DNA of 10,013 bases from positions 11,184 to 21,196 of the forward strand of contig CBFIJD010000046.1 in assembly GCA_965662845.1 (NCBI GenBank), written 5' to 3'. The position numbers and the translations under genes are program-made. Origin of the DNA: an uncultured bacterium (GTDB lineage Bacteria; SAR324; NAC60-12). Below are positions 1-7,175 of this stretch, one piece after another (positions within the stretch are counted from its first letter, which is position 1; every line of letters begins with the position of its first letter). The notes beneath the pieces were generated by a model. That model was not told the DNA's origin. It searched no databases and saw only the letters and a program-made list of their open reading frames with translations.

Positions 1-1972
1 CGACTGCCCCAATGCGTACATCAACCTGATTGACCATCGGCGGCAGTGGACGAAGTCGCACTTTGGAGCGAGGCTCCCTGAGCTGCCGCGAGAGCAGTCG
101 CTCTGCGCGCACACGATCCTGCAACCAGACCAAGTCATGGTTGTGCCGGATGTTGCGCGAGACGAGCGTTTCCGCGGCCACTCGCCCCTACTGGATGGAG
201 AACAGGCTCGGTTTTATGCGGGCGCCCCGCTGGTGGCTCCCGACGGGTCAGTCCTGGGCGCGCTGTGCGTCCTAGACACCGAGCCTCACGCCTCGGACGA
301 GGACGCGGTCCGAGATGAGGATGTGCGCTCTCCTCTGAGCGCTCCCCAGAAGCGGCTGCTCCAGCTGCAGGCGACGCAGATCGTCAACATGTTGGAGCTG
401 CGCAAGAGCCTAACCTTCACGCAAATTCAGCTGGAAGAGCAAAAATTGGTGCTAGAGCAGCTGGAGTTGACGCTGCACAGCGCCCAGATGGCGCGGTTGC
501 GCATTGACCCAGAAGCCCAGCTGCTCTACCCCGACCAAAGCTTGAAAGAAGTCTTTGGGCTGAGCGCCGAAGTCCCCTTGGCCCTCCCCTTGTTGATTCA
601 AGAGCGGGTCGAAGCGGCTCACCAAAGCGAGGTCCAAGCGCAGATCGCGCAGGCCACACTGGGCGTGGAGACGAGCTTTCATTTCCGTTTTCTGCACAAC
701 GAGCTGGGCTGGCGTTGGGTGCAAGTGATGTTGAACCGCTATCGGCAACAAAAGCGGAGCATTTTGCTGGGCATCGCCCGAGACGTCACAGAGCAGTATG
801 AGCAACAGCGAGAGCGTGCACAGCTGCTGGATCGTGTGGAGATGGCGCTGGAAGCTGCCGAGTTTGGCCTAGTCAGAGTGGACTTGGGCTCTGGAAAGTA
901 TCTGAGTTTTGACGAGATGTTTGCGGCGCAACATCGCATTGAACCTGCGCTGCCAGAGCTGTGGACGGTGCAAGAAGTGGTGCGAGACAACATCCACGCG
1001 GCAGACAGCGCGGAGATTGCCCAACAACTGGAAGAGGCGCGTGAGAGCGGTCACCCGCTGCGGTTGGAATATCGAATATTGCCCAAAGAGGAGGAGACGG
1101 AGCTGCGCTGGATCGAAGCTGTGGGGCGGGTCGTCGAAGAGTCGGATGGGCAGGTGTTGGTCGCGCTCACGCGTGACATCACCAAAGAGAAAGGCGCCGC
1201 CGACCTGCGCGAGCAGCTGCTGCGCGAACAAGAACAGCAGAAAAAAATCCGCTCTTTGGGGCTATTGACGGCACAGCTGGGACACGAGCTGCGCACTCCC
1301 GCGCAAGGCTTGGGGGCGCAAGCAGAGCTGATGGCGCTCTTTTTGGAGCGCGGAAAGTATGAGAAGCTCCCGCCATTGCTAGAGCGCGTGAACCATCACG
1401 TGGCGATGATTCATCAACTGCTGGACAGCATGCGACGCCTGACACGCAAGAGCTTTTTGGGGAGCGACAAAAATCAACGCAGCCCCGTGACGTTCCAAGA
1501 GTTGGTAGAACAGGCGATTGCTCTTGAGCAAGAAGACGCCCCCCGCGAGGTGTGTTGGGTGGTGGATTTGAACGCGCCGGAAGCCGAGGTCTGCGGCATC
1601 CAGTCCGATCTTCTCCGAGCGATACGAAACTTGTTGCAGAACGCGGTGCAAGCCGTAGAGGAACATCACGACCCACAGGTGTGGGTGCTGTTGCGCGAGG
1701 AGGAAGAAGAACAGCTCTTGTTCACAGTTCGGGACAACGGCGTTGGGATGGATCAAGAGACTCAAGAGAGGGTTTTTGAGCCCTTTTTCACGACGCGCGA
1801 GACGGGGCAAGCCAGCGGCTTAGGGATGTCCTTCTGCCACAGCACCTTTGAGAGCCATCAGGGAGTGATCGAGCTGGAGAGCAAGCCGGAAGTGGGCACC
1901 ACGGTCTCCGTAAGGGTGCCGGTTTGGCGAGAGGAGCAATCCTCGGAAGGCTACCTCCAGTCTGCTGGGTGA
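1..1972 (+). CDS. Cytoplasmic multi-sensor histidine kinase (GAF-PAS-PAS-HisKA-HATPase_c), 5' end outside window
   Basis: The frame of ORF 137..1972 is open back to position 2 (DCPNAYINLIDHRRQWTKSHFG...SLCAHTIL...MVVPDVARDERF...RFYAGAPL...GSVLGALCVLD), a typical GAF domain, so the true start is upstream of the window. Two PAS/PAC-like segments end in GIARDVTE and ALTRDITK. H-box LGHELRTP (His codon 1283-1285), N-box IRNLLQNAVQA, G1 VRDNGVGM, F-box VFEPFFTT, G2 SGLGMS. No receiver domain. TGA stop 1970-1972. Confidence 0.93.
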   Translation, partial: DCPNAYINLIDHRRQWTKSHFGARLPELPREQSLCAHTILQPDQVMVVPDVARDERFRGHSPLLDGEQARFYAGAPLVAPDGSVLGALCVLDTEPHASDEDAVRDEDVRSPLSAPQKRLLQLQATQIVNMLELRKSLTFTQIQLEEQKLVLEQLELTLHSAQMARLRIDPEAQLLYPDQSLKEVFGLSAEVPLALPLLIQERVEAAHQSEVQAQIAQATLGVETSFHFRFLHNELGWRWVQVMLNRYRQQKRSILLGIARDVTEQYEQQRERAQLLDRVEMALEAAEFGLVRVDLGSGKYLSFDEMFAAQHRIEPALPELWTVQEVVRDNIHAADSAEIAQQLEEARESGHPLRLEYRILPKEEETELRWIEAVGRVVEESDGQVLVALTRDITKEKGAADLREQLLREQEQQKKIRSLGLLTAQLGHELRTPAQGLGAQAELMALFLERGKYEKLPPLLERVNHHVAMIHQLLDSMRRLTRKSFLGSDKNQRSPVTFQELVEQAIALEQEDAPREVCWVVDLNAPEAEVCGIQSDLLRAIRNLLQNAVQAVEEHHDPQVWVLLREEEEEQLLFTVRDNGVGMDQETQERVFEPFFTTRETGQASGLGMSFCHSTFESHQGVIELESKPEVGTTVSVRVPVWREEQSSEGYLQSAG

Positions 1973-2053
1973 ACCTCCTCGTCTTGAATGCTCTGAGCCG
2001 CGCCTCGTCTACGCCCCGCCCACCCACGATTGCTCTCCTCTCCTCACTAACAA

Positions 2054-2986
2054 ATGCTCACCAAACGTCCACTCTGGGTCTGGCCCACCTTAGTCCTCGC
2101 CCTGCTCGCCGTCTCTAGCGCGGGGATGGTGCTGCAGGAGATGCGGGCGGTTCCCCCTTGGCTGCGGGCATCATGGCGCATGCAGGCGACGGCGGTGGTC
2201 TTGCTGCTGCCGTTTCTGTGGCAGCTGTACGCGATGCGCCCCACGGTCCAGCTGCGTGATCTCGGCTGGTTAGCGGCTTCGAGCTTGTGTTTGGCCCTGC
2301 ACTTTGGGGCGTGGGTCTGGTCGCTGGATCACACCAGCTTGGTGCACAGCCTGCTGTTTGTGACGGCGCACCCCCTCGTCATGGTGGCTTTGCTGCCCCT
2401 GTGGAAGCAAGCAGTGACGCCGGCGCATCTGGGGGGCGTGGGGTTCGGAATGGCAGGGGCGCTGCTGCTGGTGAGCCAGCTTGAGGACGATGGAGCGGTC
2501 ACGATCGCGGGAGATCTCGCTGCGTTTGGGGGAGCGGTCGCCGTAGTGGGCTATCTCTTGATTGGTCGGCACTTGCGCTCTGATCGCGAGATGCCCCTGT
2601 TTGTGTATGCCTTCCCTGTGACCTTGGGGGCAGGAGGGTGGCTGGCGCTGGCCGCGTGGCGTTTGGAAGAGGTCGGCTTTCACCGCGCAACGCCCGCGAT
2701 GGAGCTGGGAGGATGGCTGGACGCGTCGTGGGTTGGGGTGGCGGCATACCTCGCTCTTGGGCCGGGATTGTGCGGTCACACCGGACTGAACGCGGTGGTG
2801 CGGTGGCTCTCGCCGCTGGTGGTCTCCGTGGCCTTGTTGACAGAACCCATTCTGGGGTCGCTGCTCGGCTGGCTGTGGATCGGCACCCCCTTACCTGGGT
2901 TGTGGACGTGGGTTGGGGGCTCGCTGCTGCTGCTGGGCGCGCTATGGATTACCTTGGCCGATCAGCCGCGCGCGGAGCCTCCTTGA
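2054..2986 (+). CDS. DMT/EamA-family inner-membrane transporter (about 10 TM helices)
   Basis: 310-aa hydrophobic ORF with two EamA-like halves. Motifs LALHFGAWVWSLDHTSLVHSLLFVTAHP, GDLAAFGGAV, GHTGLNAVVRWLSPLVVSVALLTEPILGSLLGW. Confidence 0.9.
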   Translation: MLTKRPLWVWPTLVLALLAVSSAGMVLQEMRAVPPWLRASWRMQATAVVLLLPFLWQLYAMRPTVQLRDLGWLAASSLCLALHFGAWVWSLDHTSLVHSLLFVTAHPLVMVALLPLWKQAVTPAHLGGVGFGMAGALLLVSQLEDDGAVTIAGDLAAFGGAVAVVGYLLIGRHLRSDREMPLFVYAFPVTLGAGGWLALAAWRLEEVGFHRATPAMELGGWLDASWVGVAAYLALGPGLCGHTGLNAVVRWLSPLVVSVALLTEPILGSLLGWLWIGTPLPGLWTWVGGSLLLLGALWITLADQPRAEPP

Positions 2987-3057
2987 AGAGATGATCTGGC
3001 CGTGAGGAGGCCCGACCCACCGCCAAGGCGCAGCTCTCGATGCCACAGAGAAGCGGC

Positions 3058-4221
3058 CTAGTAGCGCGCCATGGTTCGGTCAATTTCGGCGGCCCAGCGG
3101 TCAATGCCTCCCGCCAGACTGACTACGTTGCGGACTCCCACTTCATGGCACCTGGCCAAGGCCCGTAAGGAGCGCACCCCCTTGTGACAGTAGAGGACGA
3201 GCGCTTCGTTGCTGCCAAGCAGCGCCTCTGGGTCAAAGACCGAGAGCGGGTGCAGCTCGGCTTGCGGCAACCGGCACAGATCCCACTCGTGCAGCTCGCG
3301 GACATCGATGAGCCGCAGGGCCGCCTGCGCGTGGAGCTGTTGCTGTAACCACTGCACCGACACTTCGTCCGCTGGCGAAAGCTCGGCTTGCTGGGAACCC
3401 CCAGAGAGTTCGGGGACGGCCCCCGTCTCAGGTTGATCCCAAGCTTGCAGCGTGGGGTGTTCGCCACAGAGCACACAATCTGGATCGCGTGGAACTTTGA
3501 CGCTCTCCACAGAGAGCTTGAGGGCGTCATACAAGATGATTTTTCCGGCCGCGACCTCTCCTAAGCCTAAAAGAAGCTTCAAGACTTCGGTGGCTTGGAG
3601 CACACCCATCACGCCTGGGAGCACGCCCAGGACACCGGCGTCCGTTCAGGTGGGGGCCAAAGAGGGCGGCAAAGCCACAGGATAGAGGCAGCGATAGCAG
3701 GGCAAGCCGGAGCTGGGGACAAAGACGCTGAGCTGCCCCTGAAAGCGATAGACGGTCGCGGACACGAGCGGCTTGTGGGCGAAATAAGCGGCGTCGTTAC
3801 ACAGGTAGCGCGTGGCAAAATTGTCAGAACAATCCACAATGACGTCATACTTTTGACACAACTCCAGCGCGTTCTCTTTGAGAAAGCGAGTCTGATGCAC
3901 CTGGAGCTCCAGCTGAGGATGAATAGCCCGCAGGGACTCTGCCAGCGATTGAGCTTTGGAGCGCCCCACATCTGCGGTGGTGTGGCTGACTTGTCGTTGC
4001 AGGTTGGAGAGCTCCACAGCGTCGTCATCGACGATCCCAATCGTGCCGACTCCAGCGGCTCCTAGATACAGCCCAACGGGGCAGCCCAGTCCCCCGGCGC
4101 CGATGAGAAGGACCCGAGAATTGCGCAAGCGCAGCTGTCCGGGCTTGCCGACTTCGGGCAACATCAAGTGTCGGCTAAAGCGGTCTACTTCTGCGACGCT
4201 CAAGTCTTGTGTGGTGTGCAT
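3058..4221 (-). CDS. moeB: MoeB/ThiF-family adenylyltransferase fused to a C-terminal rhodanese (MoeZ/MOCS3/Uba4-like); 387 aa with in-frame UGA at codon 192, probable selenocysteine
   Basis: ORFs 3646..4221 and 3058..3624 are in the same frame, joined by ...LAPT-TGA-TDAGVLGVLPGVMG. Motifs: RFSRHLMLPEVGKPGQ, GAGGLG P-loop, SNLQRQV, DCSDNFATRY, Zn-binding CYRC and CVLC, rhodanese DVRELHEW / LYCHKGVRS / LAGGIDRW. SD-like AGGGAG upstream of ATG 4221. TAG stop 3058-3060. Confidence 0.92.
3611..3635 (-). promoter_or_regulatory. Putative bacterial SECIS element (Sec insertion hairpin) 3' of the in-frame UGA
   Basis: mRNA after the UGA reads ACGGACGCCG-GUG[U]CCUGGG-CGUGCU-CCCAGGCGU. Perfect 6-bp upper stem CCUGGG/CCCAGG (3631-3626 with 3619-3614). 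6-nt loop with G then U at loop positions 2-3, starting 21 nt after the UGA. Bulged U at +14, with a weak G-C/U-G/G-U lower extension. Confidence 0.72.
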
Positions 4222-4242
4222 GCTCTCTCCCTACTTTTGTAT

Positions 4243-4270
4243 TTGACAAGCTTTGCGGCTACTTCAGACT
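4243..4270 (+). promoter_or_regulatory. Possible sigma70-type promoter for the ChaN-family gene
   Basis: Perfect TTGACA at 4243-4248, 16-nt spacer, weak -10 CAGACT at 4265-4270. Lies in the AT-richer 98-bp divergent intergenic region. Confidence 0.35.
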
Positions 4271-4319
4271 GTTCTGGTGAGTTGCAGAGCGATTTCAAAA
4301 TCTTTTCCCGTGAGGATGT

Positions 4320-5318
4320 ATGTGGACGCGTAAGCTGATTGTGATGATGACATTTTTCCTGTTGGGCGCGACTGGGAGCTGGGCGCAGCGGGAGGACGCC
4401 TTGCTGGAGACAATCGTTCGTCCGAGTGACTTGAGCCGCGCGACGCAGGCCGACCTGATGAACGCCATGCTGCAGTCGGAGTTAATCTATTTCGGAGAAA
4501 AGCACGACAACGCGCGCCAGCACGAGCTGCAAGTCGAGCTGTTGCAATCCTTGATCAACGCGGGCAAGCGCCCGGCGATTGGGTTTGAGTTCTTCACGGT
4601 CGGGCAGACGAGCATTTTGCTGAACTACACCCAGCCCCCCGCGAACGCAGGCATGATGATGGGACACGGCCAGTCTACGCTCAGCCCGGAAGCGCGGCTG
4701 CGCAGAGCGCTCGGGTGGGAGCATCGCGGTGACGAAGAGTGGCAATATTACTTTCGACTGCTTGAGATCGCGCGAGAACATCAGCTACCGGTCTTTGCTA
4801 CAGACTTGCCGTGGTCGCTCTCTCGACGCATCACGCGAGGGGGCGTGGGGAGTTTGCATCCTACCGAGCAGGCGCTGTGGACTCCGACGGGGCTGGATGA
4901 TCCTGCGTATAAGGAGCTGATGTTGCAGGACTTCACGGCGAGCCACTGTGGCTATCGCAACGACGCGATGTATCGTCAGATGTATCAGGCTTGGGTCGCC
5001 CGCAACGATGCGATGGCTCGTGCGCTCGTCGGGGCCATTGATGACAACGCCGGCGAGCCGGTCATCATGGTTGTGGGGTTTGGGCATCTGCAATATGGCA
5101 TGGGCATCCCTGAGCGAGTCGCGCATCTGCGGCCCGACACCCGCCAGTTGAATTTCGCGTGGATGGAGATCGCCATGGAGGAGCAACCGCTGGCCGATTA
5201 CTTCCCGACATACACGGTGGAGGGGCGCGAGTTTGAGCATGAGCTAGACTTTGTCTGGTTTACGCAGCGCCAAAATTATGATGACCCTTGCGCGATGTTC
5301 CGTGGTTTGGGCCAGTGA
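4320..5318 (+). CDS. ChaN-family (haem-uptake / EreA-ChaN-Tiki superfamily) exported protein
   Basis: N-terminal signal peptide (MWTRK, hydrophobic core, SWA/Q cleavage; no lipobox Cys). Family motifs IYFGEKHDN..H, IGFEFF, Y..L...AR...LPV.A.D, SHCG, RNDAMA, VVGFGH, GIPERV, C-terminal DPC. Confidence 0.85.
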   Translation: MWTRKLIVMMTFFLLGATGSWAQREDALLETIVRPSDLSRATQADLMNAMLQSELIYFGEKHDNARQHELQVELLQSLINAGKRPAIGFEFFTVGQTSILLNYTQPPANAGMMMGHGQSTLSPEARLRRALGWEHRGDEEWQYYFRLLEIAREHQLPVFATDLPWSLSRRITRGGVGSLHPTEQALWTPTGLDDPAYKELMLQDFTASHCGYRNDAMYRQMYQAWVARNDAMARALVGAIDDNAGEPVIMVVGFGHLQYGMGIPERVAHLRPDTRQLNFAWMEIAMEEQPLADYFPTYTVEGREFEHELDFVWFTQRQNYDDPCAMFRGLGQ

Positions 5319-5322
5319 ACCT

Positions 5323-5670
5323 TCAACTGGGCTTATCTTCAGGGGACATCAGCAGCATTCCTAGGTTGCGCAGCTCTCTCTCCTGAGCCTGCATCTCGGC
5401 CAAGAGCTGCTCCCTCTCTGCCGGCATCTGCGTGCGCAAGTCTTCCAGCACTTGCGCCCATTCTCCCTCTTCGTCTGCCCCACCCAGCTGAGCAAACAGC
5501 GTTTGATAGTCCTGCCACAGCAGCTCCATTTGCTGCCAATTTTTGAGCAAACCTCGGCGCATGCTGTGGTGCGCATCATCGGGTAGCGGCAGGTCGAGCA
5601 GATTGTTGCGGAACTCCTCTAGCATCACCCGAAACGCAAGCGGGCTGCGGACATAAAGATCGTCAGACAT
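5323..5670 (-). CDS. Hypothetical acidic alpha-helical protein (about 115 aa)
   Basis: Fills the gap between ChaN and LysE without overlap (stop 4 bp from the ChaN stop). Natural amphipathic/coiled-coil composition (L/E/Q/R-rich). ATG at 5670 preferred over GTG at 5676. No family recognised. Confidence 0.7.
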   Translation of the reverse strand: MSDDLYVRSPLAFRVMLEEFRNNLLDLPLPDDAHHSMRRGLLKNWQQMELLWQDYQTLFAQLGGADEEGEWAQVLEDLRTQMPAEREQLLAEMQAQERELRNLGMLLMSPEDKPS

Positions 5671-5761
5671 ATTCACTCGGGTAGCGGTGCGGTCTCGGTC
5701 GGTTCGTCAGACTGTTTTGTGAGGGGCTCATACCTACTCGGATTTTTACGGAGCGTCAAAC

Positions 5762-6364
5762 TTGGGATGGGAAGCTTACTCTACCATCATCGCGCTGTGC
5801 GTGGTGGGAGCAATGAGCCCGGGGCCGAGCCTTGCGGTCGTGCTGCGCAGCGCCTTGAGCGGAGGTTTGTCTAAGGGGTTGGGGACGGCGGTGTTGCACG
5901 GCGTGGGCGTCGGCGGGTGGGCGCTTTTGGTGGTGACAGGGCTCAGTTCTCTGCTGGAGCAAGCCCCCGCTCTGCGTTGGGGTCTGGAGATCGGCGGCGT
6001 CCTGCTGCTGCTGTGGATGTCTTACCAAAGTTGGCCTCGTGACGCTGACGCTGCCGAGGGCGAGCCACGAGAGCCGCAGGGCTCTGTTTGGGCAGGGCTC
6101 TGGATTGTGGTCTTGAATCCTAAACTCGCGGTCTTCTTCTTAGCGATCTTTGGCCCACAGGTGGGCGAGTTGGCGACTTGGGGGGAGCGGTTGCGCTTGG
6201 TTGGGATCGCTTGGTTCATTGACACGGTCTGGTATTGCCTGGTCGTCACTGTGGCGGCGCAGACCGCGGTTGTCGAGAAAATGCAACGCCAGCAATGGTT
6301 GCCAAGAGTCCTGAGCGGGGCCTTGCTGTTTGCTGCCTTTGAGGTCGCGTGGGGCTGGCGCTGA
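5762..6364 (+). CDS. LysE/RhtB-family amino-acid exporter
   Basis: Signature GAMSPGPSLAVVLRSALSGG..G...A..HG.G and LNPKLAVFFLAIF. About 6 TM segments. TTG start preceded by GGAG at 5750-5753. Confidence 0.92.
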   Translation: MGWEAYSTIIALCVVGAMSPGPSLAVVLRSALSGGLSKGLGTAVLHGVGVGGWALLVVTGLSSLLEQAPALRWGLEIGGVLLLLWMSYQSWPRDADAAEGEPREPQGSVWAGLWIVVLNPKLAVFFLAIFGPQVGELATWGERLRLVGIAWFIDTVWYCLVVTVAAQTAVVEKMQRQQWLPRVLSGALLFAAFEVAWGWR

Positions 6365-6406
6365 GACGAAGGGGGCTTTTGCCAACACAAGAGGTGGCCG
6401 TAGACG

Positions 6407-6584
6407 CTACTCCCACGGGTATTGAAACAGCATCGTAAAACCCACTCCATCCTCACCGTGAGCAAGATCTGCTCGATACACGATTCCCCGATCCGGCGAC
6501 CAAACGAGCGCCTGTGCCATACGAAGAGCGACGCTCCGCACCGAGATCCGCTTCTGTCTCTGCGACGCTGCCTCGTTCAAAGCC
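6407..6584 (-). pseudogene. C-terminal remnant (about 58 codons, one frameshift) of an Omp85/BamA-TamA-like outer-membrane beta-barrel gene
   Basis: One frame gives GFERGSVAETEADLGAERRSSYGTGARLVAGSG (6584-6486). After one extra base in GGGGAA (6489-6484) the next frame gives IVYRADLAHGEDGVGFTMLFQYPWE-TAG. Joined, this resembles the terminal strands of Omp85-type barrels (F.E.G.V...S.G.G.R...G.V.R.D.A.G.EG...aromatic end). No start codon or N-terminal part fits in the 54 bp left before the ytfJ stop. Confidence 0.62.
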
Positions 6585-6638
6585 AGGAGTCGTAAGAAAC
6601 TGACCTCGCCGACGTCCCCATTCAAAGGCCGCGAGGGG

Positions 6639-7175
6639 TTACTGAGTTGCGCGCTGCACGGTCGCGACCAGCTCTTGGACTTGAGTGTCGTTGAGCTGTC
6701 CGTCCACGCTGAAGAGCACGGCGCCGTCGGCGTCAAACACCAGCACGTTGCTGCTGTCATCGGCGAGATTCCACTGATTGACGAGGATCTTCTCGAAGTC
6801 CATCACAAAGGTGGTGTGGGGAAACTCCTCTTGTCTGGTTTCCAGCATCCCCTGAATCAGGCTGTCGGGGAGCCAAGTCGCGGCCATGTTGATGACGGCA
6901 TACGAGCGCACTTTGTCGGGGTTCAAGTCCGCTTGGTCGAGAGCCGCGCTGGCGGCGTCGTTGGTGTCGCTCTCATCTGGGTCGACATAAAACAAAATCC
7001 GCACAAAGCCGGTGTTGTCTGTGCTGTTCCACGGGCCTCCGCTGACGAGCCCACCGAAGTCGCCGTCGAGCGTCACTTTGGGGGGAACCTGTCCGACCGG
7101 CAGCTCGGCGTGGGCCCCGAGCGGGACAGTCAACGCGAGCAGCCCCGCGAGTAGGGATGATTTCCAAGTTGGCAT
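6639..7175 (-). CDS. ytfJ: YtfJ-family periplasmic protein
   Basis: Signal peptide ending AHA. Motifs G..PP.V.L.G..GG...G.PWNS, LFYVDPDE.D.N, AVINMAATWLP, FP.T.FV.D, W.LADDSS.VLVFD..G.VLF..DG.L. TAA stop 6639-6641. Confidence 0.82.
   Translation of the reverse strand: MPTWKSSLLAGLLALTVPLGAHAELPVGQVPPKVTLDGDFGGLVSGGPWNSTDNTGFVRILFYVDPDESDTNDAASAALDQADLNPDKVRSYAVINMAATWLPDSLIQGMLETRQEEFPHTTFVMDFEKILVNQWNLADDSSNVLVFDADGAVLFSVDGQLNDTQVQELVATVQRATQ

Noticed and set aside
137..139. ATG 137 as the kinase start
   Set aside because: The frame is open to the window edge and encodes the first half of the GAF domain.
3058..3624. Separate 188-aa rhodanese gene starting at GTG 3624, or a moeB pseudogene
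   Set aside because: The GTG lies in the middle of the conserved GVLGVLPG motif of the ThiF domain with no SD. Both halves are in frame and otherwise undamaged, and the stop sits exactly on the conserved Cys.
3646..3648. Genome-wide UGA reassignment (Trp or Gly, codes 4/25) as the explanation for the internal TGA
   Set aside because: TGA is the natural stop of six other genes here (1970-1972, 2984-2986, 5316-5318, 5323-5325, 6362-6364, 7414-7416), Trp is encoded by TGG, and the aligned residue is Cys.
6365..6406. Intrinsic terminator after lysE
   Set aside because: Only a 3-bp GGC-TTTT-GCC stem is present, too weak to call.
6407..6760. 117-aa minus-strand ORF as an intact gene
   Set aside because: Its first 40 codons overlap ytfJ out of frame. 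Only the last 25 or so residues look protein-like, and they belong to the frameshifted barrel remnant.
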